Positions 7,420 through 15,009 of a stretch of 27,638 nucleotides of DNA are shown piece after piece; within the stretch, counting starts at the first letter, position 1; the number at the start of each line of letters is the position of its first letter. Below the pieces are notes generated by a model that searched no databases, was not told the DNA's origin, and saw only the letters and a list, made by a program, of their open reading frames with translations. The position numbers and the translations under genes were made by a program. The stretch is from IMG/VR virus record IMGVR_UViG_3300040971_000136, positions 1-27,638 of that record. One strand, 5' to 3'. The DNA is from a virus (lineage: Duplodnaviria; Caudoviricetes).

Positions 7420-9014
7420 TCCTGGATCAGTACGGCAAACCGGTTCGCAAGAACATGCTGGACAAGGAAATCGCCGCCCCTGGTTTGACCGGGGTTCGCT
7501 CGCTTTGGAACTTCGGGCACGTCGCGTCTGGGTTGACGCCCAGCGGACTGGCCGGGCTGCTTCGAAACGCGGCTGAGGGCGACCATAACGCCTACCTGAC
7601 CTTGGCCGAGGAGATGGAGGAACGGGATGGGCACTATTCATCCGTACTCGGCACAAGGAAACGAGCGGTATCCGGCCTTCCGGTGGTGATCGAGGCTGCA
7701 ACGGATGATCCCACTGACGTAAAGCTCGCCGATGAGATCCGCGCGCTGTTTAGTCGCAGCACAAAAAGCATGATGGAACATTGCCTTGACGGCCTCGGCA
7801 AGGGCTTCGCCGTGGTGGAAATCATCTGGGACAGGTCGTCAACTCCATGGAGGCCGGCCCGTTATGAATGGCGAGATCCTCGCTTTTTCCAGTTTGACAT
7901 GGACTCTCGAACGGAAATCCGGCTGCGTGACGAAGCGGACATGATGAACGGCATTCCACTGGAGCCATACAAGTTCATCCGGCACGTGCCCCAGCTCAAG
8001 AGCGGCATCCCGATCCGGGGCGGCTTGGCCCGTGTCGTGGCCTGGTCCTGGATGTTCAAGAGCTTCGACATCAAAGACTGGATGGCTTTTGCAGAGGTCT
8101 TCGGCATGCCCTTGCGTCTCGGGAAGTACCGACCTGGTGAACCGCAAGCGAACATAGACATCTTGAAAGCAGCCGTGGCCAATCTGGGCATCGATGCGGC
8201 CGCCGTGATTCCAGAAGGAATGGTGATCGAATTTAAGGAACTGGCCAACAGCGCGGCAGGCGCGGATCTGTTCGAACGCCTGGCGAACTGGATGGACTCC
8301 CAGATCTCGAAAGCAGTGCTCGGCCAGACCATGACCGCGGATAACGGATCGAGCAGGTCCCAAGCCGAGGTACACAACGAGGTTCGCAAGGATCTGCGAG
8401 ACGCCGACGCTGACCAGCTGGCCGAGACCCTACAGCGTGACCTGGTCATCCCGTACATCGTGCTGAACCATGGCCCGCAGAAGGCCTACCCCAAGGTGTG
8501 TCTGCGCGAACCCGAGTCGGCGGATGTGACTGTGCTGTCCGACGCTCTGGCCAAGCTCGTTCCGCTGGGCTTGCGGGTCGAGGCGTCCGAGGTCCGGGAC
8601 AAGCTGGGTTTTTCGGACCCGGCCAAGGACGCGGAATGTCTGCAGCCGCAGCGTGCCGATATGTTTGCTCCCGCACTGAACAGGATAGAGGCGCCGGACC
8701 AGCAGACACTGGAAGACCTGGTGCGGGCCAGTCGTTCGCTTTGCCGCTCTCAGGGACAGTTCACTCCGGACCAGCAGGCACTGGAAGATCTGGTGGCCGG
8801 GATCGTTCACGAGGGCGCAGCAGCTTTGGATCTTGCAGGCCAGGAGATTGACGAGCTGATCCGGCAGGCCAGGTCGTTCGAGGAGCTGCGGATCATGCTG
8901 GCCGAGTACATGGACCGCGAAACAGGTGGCGACCTGCAGGACAGCGTGCATCGGGTCATGGTGGCCGCTGAACTGTGGGGGCGCAGCCAAGCCGGAGGCG
9001 AGGATGAAGCGTAA
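7416..9014 (+). CDS. Portal protein (Mu gp29 / DUF935)
   Basis: ILDQYGKP start, LAEEMEERDGH, W..FAEVFGMPLRLGKY, ISKAVLGQTMT, AEVHNEVR. Confidence 0.95.
   Translation: MILDQYGKPVRKNMLDKEIAAPGLTGVRSLWNFGHVASGLTPSGLAGLLRNAAEGDHNAYLTLAEEMEERDGHYSSVLGTRKRAVSGLPVVIEAATDDPTDVKLADEIRALFSRSTKSMMEHCLDGLGKGFAVVEIIWDRSSTPWRPARYEWRDPRFFQFDMDSRTEIRLRDEADMMNGIPLEPYKFIRHVPQLKSGIPIRGGLARVVAWSWMFKSFDIKDWMAFAEVFGMPLRLGKYRPGEPQANIDILKAAVANLGIDAAAVIPEGMVIEFKELANSAAGADLFERLANWMDSQISKAVLGQTMTADNGSSRSQAEVHNEVRKDLRDADADQLAETLQRDLVIPYIVLNHGPQKAYPKVCLREPESADVTVLSDALAKLVPLGLRVEASEVRDKLGFSDPAKDAECLQPQRADMFAPALNRIEAPDQQTLEDLVRASRSLCRSQGQFTPDQQALEDLVAGIVHEGAAALDLAGQEIDELIRQARSFEELRIMLAEYMDRETGGDLQDSVHRVMVAAELWGRSQAGGEDEA
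8694..8795 (+). repeat. In-frame 30-bp direct repeat in portal 3' region
   Basis: 8694-8723 and 8766-8795 match at 28/30, offset 72 bp (PDQQTLEDLV / PDQQALEDLV). Confidence 0.85.
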
Positions 9015-9783
9015 ACCGCGAGCGACCAACGCATACGCCGACGTCGACGCACCGCTGCGGCCGCTGCCCATGGCCGAGGCCCTGGAGTACTGGCGGAGCA
9101 AGGTCCAGCTGTCGCCCCGGGAATTCTACCGGCTGGCCGAGCAATACAGGGTGCGGGCCTTCACGGTCTCGCGCCTGGCGCGGGCTGATATGCTTCAGGA
9201 GATATTCGAGGCCATCGAGAAGGCCATGGCGGAGGGTGTGAGTTTCGCCGCATGGAAGAAGGCCGGCGCGCCGATCTGGGAGGAGAACGGATGGACAGGG
9301 ATCCGCGCTTGGCGCGTGGACAACATTTTCAGGACGAATATTCAGACGGCCTACAACGTGGGCCGTTACAAGCAGCAGCAGGCTGTGACCAAAGCCAGAC
9401 CATACTGGCAGTACAGCGCGGTCAACGACTCTCGGACCAGGCCGACGCACAGGGCCCTGCATGGCCGCGTCTATCGCCACGACAGCCCATTCTGGGACAC
9501 CTTCTATCCGCCGAACGGGTTCCGTTGCAGGTGCAAGGTCAAGACCCTCAGCGAACGCCAAGTGCGTGATCGCGGTCTCGACGTCATGGAGGGCAACGGC
9601 CTTGGAGAGCTGATCGAGCCGATCGGACCGACTGGTCCGCTGCCAGCCAGGCCGTTGATGCCTGACCGTGGTTTTGAAGGCAACCCGGGTAAGGAAGCCT
9701 GGTCTCCAAACATGAGTAAATACCCCAAGATCCTTCAGGAGAAACTCTCGCAAGTGCTCCCAGGGTCAGCCTCTTCGAAATAA
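9004..9783 (+). CDS. gpF: Head morphogenesis protein (Mu gpF/gp30, SPP1 gp7 family)
   Basis: RAFTVS, IFRTNIQTAYNVGR, PYWQYSAVNDSRTRPTH, PPNGFRCRC. Confidence 0.93.
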   Translation: MKRKPRATNAYADVDAPLRPLPMAEALEYWRSKVQLSPREFYRLAEQYRVRAFTVSRLARADMLQEIFEAIEKAMAEGVSFAAWKKAGAPIWEENGWTGIRAWRVDNIFRTNIQTAYNVGRYKQQQAVTKARPYWQYSAVNDSRTRPTHRALHGRVYRHDSPFWDTFYPPNGFRCRCKVKTLSERQVRDRGLDVMEGNGLGELIEPIGPTGPLPARPLMPDRGFEGNPGKEAWSPNMSKYPKILQEKLSQVLPGSASSK

Positions 9784-9810
9784 GGGCGCCCCACCCCTCT
9801 GGGGCCGCCC

Positions 9811-9867
9811 AAAAGTTGTCCGCACCACCCGCCCTACCTTCAGAAATTCGCCAGAAATAGCGGCATT
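9811..9867 (+). promoter_or_regulatory. Candidate late promoter (P-I equivalent)
   Basis: AAAAGT..TCCGCACCACCCGCCCTACCTTCAGAA..CGGCATT, matching 2252-2307. Confidence 0.6.
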
Positions 9868-10108
9868 GTCGCGTTTATGAAGACGATTCGGATCACAGAA
9901 CACCGCTCCAACTTTGCTGAGAAAACGAGTTTGGCTCAAATTTGCCTTCTAAGGCGTTTCCGAGTCCTGCCCGGACGCTGGGTAGGGCCGTAGGGTTTAG
10001 ACTAGTTTTGCACTAGTGCAATTTGCGAAATTCGACCGGTCTGGGTGGCGTATCGGACGTCACTGGTGGCCCGGAAGTGATCAGGCCCATCTAGGGCATG
10101 GAGGTCAG

Positions 10109-10387
10109 ATGAAGAAAAAAGAACTGGTTTCGGCCTTGGCCGAAGCCTCGGTCACCAGCAAGGCTACATGCGAGCTGGTTCTGGATGCCCTGGCCGCAGT
10201 CGGGAACACCGCACTGCGACAGGGCAAGAGCCTCAACCTTCCCGGCCTGGGAAAGTTGAAGCTCAAGCAGTTGGCAGCCAGATCCATACAGACGCCGCAG
10301 GGTGTGGCTGTAGATGTGCCTGTCAGGACGTCGGTCAAATTTCGTCCGGCCAAGGCGCTCAAGGACATGCTGGAGGACGAGTCATGA
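10109..10387 (+). CDS. HU/IHF-family DNA-binding protein
   Basis: MKKKELVSALAE..., L.LPGLGKL, arm ARSIQTPQG, VKFRPAKALKD; SD GGAGGT; 92 aa. Confidence 0.9.
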   Translation: MKKKELVSALAEASVTSKATCELVLDALAAVGNTALRQGKSLNLPGLGKLKLKQLAARSIQTPQGVAVDVPVRTSVKFRPAKALKDMLEDES

Positions 10388-11412
10388 GCAGTGCCCAGGT
10401 ACTCGTCATCGGTGACGGTCGTCTCGCGCGTGGGGTGCTCAAGGCGCTCAACTCCGCGTCCGTGGCCATGACGGCAGTTGGCATCAACGTCCAGGCCCTG
10501 GAAGTTTCCGGGCAGGCCCCGGAGTGGATTCCGCTGGTGCCGGCTGGTCAGGTAGTCGGTCGCGATGGCCGGGAGTGGGTCAACGACAACCCGCAGCTTG
10601 TACTGGATGCGTTCGCCGCCGGTTCCGCTGACCTCCCCCTGGACTTGGAGCACGCCACTGAACTGAAGGCGCCTCAGGGAGAGCCGGCGCCGGCCGTCGG
10701 CTGGATCCAGGAGCTGCAGATCCGGGGTGGCCAGATCTGGGGGCGTGTCGATTGGACCGATGCCGGGCGCAATGCGGTTGAATCCAAGGCCTATCGGTAC
10801 GTCAGCCCAGTCTTTGTTTTCGAACGGGCGTCCAAGCGGGTTGTGGCGCTCACGTCGGCGGCCCTGACAAACCGCCCGAACCTCTTTTTACAGGCCCTCA
10901 ATGGGAAGGAGAACAGTATGACTTTGGAAGAATTGTTGGCCGCGCTTGGGCTGCCGAAGGGCACCACATTCGAAGCGGCGCTGGCCCATATCGGCAAGCT
11001 CAAAGGCGACCTGGTCACGGCCACCAACTCCGCAGCCAGCCCGTCCCTGGACAAGTTCGTTCCCCGCGCGGATTACGACGCCGCTTTGGCCCGGGCAACG
11101 AACGCCGAGCAGGGTCTGGCCAACTTGAACAAAGAGGCCAAGGACAAGGACATCACCGCCGCCATCGACAAGGCCCTGGCCGAGGGCAAGATTACGCCGG
11201 CCACCGTCGAATACCACAAGGCGCAGTGCGCCCAGGAAGGCGGACTGGAACGCTTCGCCGAATACTGCAAGGCCGCGCCGGTGATCGGCGACCCGTCCGC
11301 GATGGACGGAAAGCGACCCGGCGAAGAAGCGCCCATCGACGATGTTCAGCGGGCGGTGAACGCGATGATGGGCATCGATGACGAAACCTTCAAGAAGTAC
11401 AACCCCAAATAG
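10384..11412 (+). CDS. gpI: Mu-like prohead protease I (gp32) with scaffold C-terminus
   Basis: PEWIPLVPAG..GRDGR, LPLDLEHAT, APAVGWI, YRYVSPVF, AALTNRPNL; ATGA overlap with HU gene. Confidence 0.92.
   Translation: MSSAQVLVIGDGRLARGVLKALNSASVAMTAVGINVQALEVSGQAPEWIPLVPAGQVVGRDGREWVNDNPQLVLDAFAAGSADLPLDLEHATELKAPQGEPAPAVGWIQELQIRGGQIWGRVDWTDAGRNAVESKAYRYVSPVFVFERASKRVVALTSAALTNRPNLFLQALNGKENSMTLEELLAALGLPKGTTFEAALAHIGKLKGDLVTATNSAASPSLDKFVPRADYDAALARATNAEQGLANLNKEAKDKDITAAIDKALAEGKITPATVEYHKAQCAQEGGLERFAEYCKAAPVIGDPSAMDGKRPGEEAPIDDVQRAVNAMMGIDDETFKKYNPK
10918..11412 (+). CDS. Nested in-frame scaffold protein (Mu gpZ equivalent)
   Basis: Internal ATG 10918 with SD AAGGAG 10906-10911 directly after the protease domain; Mu Z is known to be made this way. 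Confidence 0.75.
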   Translation: MTLEELLAALGLPKGTTFEAALAHIGKLKGDLVTATNSAASPSLDKFVPRADYDAALARATNAEQGLANLNKEAKDKDITAAIDKALAEGKITPATVEYHKAQCAQEGGLERFAEYCKAAPVIGDPSAMDGKRPGEEAPIDDVQRAVNAMMGIDDETFKKYNPK

Positions 11413-11437
11413 CCCGACCGGCAAGGAAGAATAAACC

Positions 11438-12316
11438 ATGACAGCTTTAGCAGCGGACAAGCGGCTCGAATACACCGAGGGCGTCGAGCTCGCCTTCCCC
11501 ATCGATGACGGCGACGTCATCTACGGTGGCGCCTTCGTGTGCGTCAACGCGGCCGGGTATGCCGTCCCCGGATCGGATACGGCCGGCCTTATATTCCAGG
11601 GAGTGTCCATCATGCATGTCGACAACTCTCTGGGCCAGGACGGCGACAAGCAGGCGGTCTTGCGCCGGCGCGGCCTGATCAAGGCCACCATGGGCAGCAC
11701 CATCACCCAGGCGAATGTCGGTGACAGCGTTTTTCTGGTCGACGACCAGACCGTGGACCTGGTTGCGAACGTGACCCACGCCATCTTCTGCGGCGTGATC
11801 GCAGGCTTCATCGCCGCGAATCAGGCCTGGATCGACATCGAGCCGGCCATTCGCCAGGCCGACGTGGCTACCCACATCGCCGACACCAGCGCCGCGCACG
11901 CGGCATCGGCCATTTCCGTTGCCGATGCCGGAGCGTTCACGGCCGAGACCACGGTCGAAGGCGTTCTGCAGGAACTCTACGGGAAGACGCCCCTGCCCGT
12001 GGCCGACCCCGGAAACGGACAGGCGCTGCCCGCAAACCGATCCGCCGCCGTGTCTCTGACCACGGGCGCTACCGGACAGACCAGGACTCTGGCCGTCCCA
12101 GCCGCCGCAGGCCTGATGCTGATCCTGTGCCTGGGCGTCGACGGGGGAGGCGATTGTGTCGTGACCGTGGCTTCGCCCATCAATCAGACCGGGAACAACA
12201 CCATCACCCTGGGCGACGCCGGAGACACCGTCGTGCTCACGTCGGTGGTGATCGGAGCGGCCAAGGCGTGGCGCCTGGTCGTCAATGACGGCTGCAGCCT
12301 GACCACGGTCGGTTAA
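11438..12316 (+). CDS. Capsid decoration/cement-like protein with C-terminal extension
   Basis: Between protease and capsid genes; IYGGAFV..NAAGYAVPG, VDNS.G.DGD, ITQANVG..VFLVDDQTV motifs; extra ~155 aa. Confidence 0.65.
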   Translation: MTALAADKRLEYTEGVELAFPIDDGDVIYGGAFVCVNAAGYAVPGSDTAGLIFQGVSIMHVDNSLGQDGDKQAVLRRRGLIKATMGSTITQANVGDSVFLVDDQTVDLVANVTHAIFCGVIAGFIAANQAWIDIEPAIRQADVATHIADTSAAHAASAISVADAGAFTAETTVEGVLQELYGKTPLPVADPGNGQALPANRSAAVSLTTGATGQTRTLAVPAAAGLMLILCLGVDGGGDCVVTVASPINQTGNNTITLGDAGDTVVLTSVVIGAAKAWRLVVNDGCSLTTVG

Positions 12317-12343
12317 CCATCAAGCATGGAGAGGAACCATACA

Positions 12344-13405
12344 ATGAGCAAAATGATCAAGACCCTGTGCGTCTGGGCGGTGCTTGTCGCTGGCGTTCTG
12401 TTCGCGGTGCCCGTGTCCGGCATGGCTGCCGACGTTCGGACCATGGATCTGGCAGGATTTGGCATCGGCGTGGCTGGCCTACTGGTGAACAAGGCGACCC
12501 TGGATGCGCTGTTCACCAGCCTGAAGACGACGTTCAACAACGCCTTCGCCGGAGCACCCAGCCAGTGGGAGCTGACGGCCATGAAGGTCCCGAGTGGATC
12601 CGGCCGGAACGACTACGGATGGCTTTCCGCCTTCCCACGCATGAAAAAGTGGATTGGCGACAAGGCCGTCAAAGCGCTGGAGGCGTTCAAGTACTCCATC
12701 GTCAACGATGATTTCGAGGCCACCGTCGAGGTGGACCGCAACGACATCGAGGACGACAACCTTGGGATCTACGCCCCGCAGGCGCAGATGGCCGGCTTCA
12801 GCGCGAAGCAGCTGCCGGACGAGATCGTGGCAGACCTGAAGAACAACGCTTTCGTCAGCTCCTGCTACGACGGCCAGTACTTCTACGACACGGACCACCC
12901 GGTGACCAACCCCGCCACTGGCGTGGCCGCCTCGGTCAGCAACAAGGCGACCGTGGCCTTGTCCGGAGCGACCCAGGCAGCTGCCGAGGCCAGCTACGGC
13001 GCTGCTCGTACCGCCATCATGAGCTTCAAGGACGATGAAGGCCGGCCGCTGGGCTTGATCCCGGATGTGCTGGAAGTTCCGCCAGCCCTTGAGACCCAGG
13101 GCCGCCGCCTGCTGGAGATGGACAAGCTGGCCGATGACACCCCGAACCCCTTCAAAGGCACGGCCAGGCTGGTGGTCAACCCGCGTCTGACTTCGACCAC
13201 TGCCTGGTTCCTGCACGTGACCAGCATGCCGGTGAAGCCCTTTGTCTACCAGGAGCGCAAGGCCCCGGTGTTCGTCGAGCAGACCGACGCCCAGGCGGAT
13301 AACGTGTTCATGCGCAAGAAGTTCCGCTTCGGTGCCGAGGCCCGCGCTGCCGGCGGCTATGCCTTCTGGCAGATGTCCTACGGCAGCACCGGTTCCGGCG
13401 AGTAA
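12344..13405 (+). CDS. gpT: Major capsid protein (Mu gpT) with hydrophobic N-terminal leader
   Basis: YGWLSAFPRMKKWIGD, FEATVEVDRNDIEDDNLGIY, CYDGQYFYDTDHP, KPFVYQERK, FWQMSYGS; SD GGAGAGGA 12328-12335 favours ATG 12344. Confidence 0.95.
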   Translation: MSKMIKTLCVWAVLVAGVLFAVPVSGMAADVRTMDLAGFGIGVAGLLVNKATLDALFTSLKTTFNNAFAGAPSQWELTAMKVPSGSGRNDYGWLSAFPRMKKWIGDKAVKALEAFKYSIVNDDFEATVEVDRNDIEDDNLGIYAPQAQMAGFSAKQLPDEIVADLKNNAFVSSCYDGQYFYDTDHPVTNPATGVAASVSNKATVALSGATQAAAEASYGAARTAIMSFKDDEGRPLGLIPDVLEVPPALETQGRRLLEMDKLADDTPNPFKGTARLVVNPRLTSTTAWFLHVTSMPVKPFVYQERKAPVFVEQTDAQADNVFMRKKFRFGAEARAAGGYAFWQMSYGSTGSGE

Positions 13406-13414
13406 CGACAACCA

Positions 13415-13444
13415 CAGGGGGCCGGGGATGATCCCGGCCCCCTG
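13415..13444 (+). terminator. GC-rich hairpin after capsid gene (no U-tract)
   Basis: CAGGGGGCCGGGG-ATGA-TCCCGGCCCCCTG, 13-bp stem. Confidence 0.55.
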
Positions 13445-13461
13445 AACACGGAGCGACGAAC

Positions 13462-13680
13462 ATGATCATAATCACAGCAAAAAAAGACGGCTTCAGGCGC
13501 TGCGGGATGGCCCATAGCGCCAAGCCGGTCGAGCACCAGGACGATACATTCACGCCGGAGCAATTGGCTGAACTGCAGGCGGAGCCCATGCTCGTCGTTG
13601 AGGTCGCGGCCACCGAGGACAAGGGCAAGGGTCCCGAGGGAGGGGCGAAGAAAGACGGTAAAAAGGCAGACAAGGAATAG
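13462..13680 (+). CDS. HI1506/Mu gp35-like small protein
   Basis: IIITAKKDGFRRCG.AH...F..EQLA.L.AEPML.V motif; SD GGAG. Confidence 0.8.
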   Translation: MIIITAKKDGFRRCGMAHSAKPVEHQDDTFTPEQLAELQAEPMLVVEVAATEDKGKGPEGGAKKDGKKADKE

Positions 13681-13683
13681 CCC

Positions 13684-14115
13684 ATGTACAGTACCGCCGC
13701 CCAGATCCTGAAGCTGCTCCCCGAGTACGAGGTCCTGCAGCTGGCCGACGATGACGCCGCCGGTCTGATCGACGACGCTGCCGTCACCGCCGTGTTGGAG
13801 GAAGTCATCGAGCAGGCCGATCGGGAGATCGACGCCTATGTGGGCACGGTCAAACGGGTCCCGCTCTCTCCGGTTCCGGCGTTGATCGAAAACCTATCCA
13901 CAAAGCTGGCCATCCATCACCTCTACCTGCGCCGCCCTGGCGTCGCAGAGCCGGATACCTGGCAACGGGAAACCACCAGGTGCATGCGCCTGCTGGAGGC
14001 CATCGCCACCGGCAAGATGGCACTGGGGGCGGAAGACGGCGCGGCGTCGGAACCGAGTCAGGGGACGGCCTCGTTCACGGCAAGTGAACGGCTGATGTCG
14101 AGGAGGACGCTGTAA
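13684..14115 (+). CDS. Head-tail connector (Mu gp36 / DUF1320)
   Basis: MYST..., LQLADDD, A..EIDAY, PL..VP, LA.HHLY, LLEAIATGKM.L. Confidence 0.88.
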   Translation: MYSTAAQILKLLPEYEVLQLADDDAAGLIDDAAVTAVLEEVIEQADREIDAYVGTVKRVPLSPVPALIENLSTKLAIHHLYLRRPGVAEPDTWQRETTRCMRLLEAIATGKMALGAEDGAASEPSQGTASFTASERLMSRRTL

Positions 14116-14552
14116 TGTCCGGCCTGTCCGTCAAGATCGAGTCCATCCAGATGGAGGCCATGCTGGATGAGCTTGCAGGAAGGATGGATGATCTGACGCC
14201 GGTCATGCAGACCATTGGCGAGATCATTGTTGAGCAGGCGGATACTGCATTTGAAACGGGCGTGGCCCCAGACGGTACGGCTTGGCCCGCATCCGGCCGG
14301 GCGCTGGCCACAGGTGGCCAGACTTTGATCGACAAGGCCGTCCTGCGCAATTCCATCAACGTACTGGCGACGGACAGCCAGGTCGAAGTGGGAACGAACG
14401 TACTTTACGCCGCGATCCACCAGCTTGGCGGCAAGGCTGGGCGTGGGAAGAAAACGGTAATTCCGTCCCGGCCTTTTCTCCCTGACCAGGACAGCCTCGA
14501 TTGGTCCGAGGTGAAGGCCACGCTTCAGGACTTCCTGAAAGGAGCATTGTGA
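14115..14552 (+). CDS. gpG: Virion morphogenesis protein (Mu gpG / tail completion family)
   Basis: PDGTAWP, L.D...LRNSI, VGTNVLYAAIHQLGG, IPSRPFL. Confidence 0.9.
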   Translation: MSGLSVKIESIQMEAMLDELAGRMDDLTPVMQTIGEIIVEQADTAFETGVAPDGTAWPASGRALATGGQTLIDKAVLRNSINVLATDSQVEVGTNVLYAAIHQLGGKAGRGKKTVIPSRPFLPDQDSLDWSEVKATLQDFLKGAL

Positions 14553-14986
14553 TGACCAGATTGGAGCACGAAGACGCGATCGTCGCCATACTCAAGAAGG
14601 CGATGCCAGCAGGGGTTGCTGTGGAACCTCTGCCCATGGGCCTGTCCGACCGCAAGGCCTTGGACGTGCGCGGCAGTGCAGTTTGGGTGGTCTACGCCGG
14701 GGGCAAACCACGGCCGGGTCAAGATCCGAAGACCATGATGCACTCTGAGACGTGGGTGTGGTCCTGCCTAGTGCTGACCAAGGAATATCGGTCCGCCAAA
14801 GTCGGGGCCGTTACAGCCCTGGGACTTCTGGAAGCCGTTAACGCTGCCCTGTCTGGGGCCAAGGTGGACGCTGTCCGCACGCTGACCAGGATGGGGGACC
14901 AACTCCTTCGCCTGCCGGAGGGTAGCGGCCTCATGGGCTATGAAGCCCAATTCGCAATCAACGTATTTGCCCCACGCGGGGCGTAG
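14552..14986 (+). CDS. Putative tail terminator (Mu gp37-like)
   Basis: SD AAGGAG, TGATG coupling; AVWVVYAG motif; position before tail tube. Confidence 0.65.
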   Translation: MTRLEHEDAIVAILKKAMPAGVAVEPLPMGLSDRKALDVRGSAVWVVYAGGKPRPGQDPKTMMHSETWVWSCLVLTKEYRSAKVGAVTALGLLEAVNAALSGAKVDAVRTLTRMGDQLLRLPEGSGLMGYEAQFAINVFAPRGA

Positions 14987-15009
14987 GGCAAAGGCCCGAG
15001 GAGAGATCA

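Noticed and set aside
9784-9810. Hairpin GGGCG-CCCCA/TGGGG-C-CGCCC after gpF as a sense terminator
   Set aside because: Followed by AAAAG rather than a U-tract; could only be a weak minus-strand terminator or stability hairpin
9877-9993. 38-aa ORF MKTIRITEHRS... just after the candidate late promoter
   Set aside because: No SD, no recognisable motif, overlaps presumed DNA-structural region; a leaderless peptide cannot be excluded but is unsupported
2727-10383. Extended N-termini given by the track for endolysin (2727), o-spanin (3560), 3999, 4342, terS (5234), gpF (8926), HU (10016), protease (10168)
   Set aside because: Downstream starts have SDs or stop/start overlaps and coincide with where family-like sequence begins
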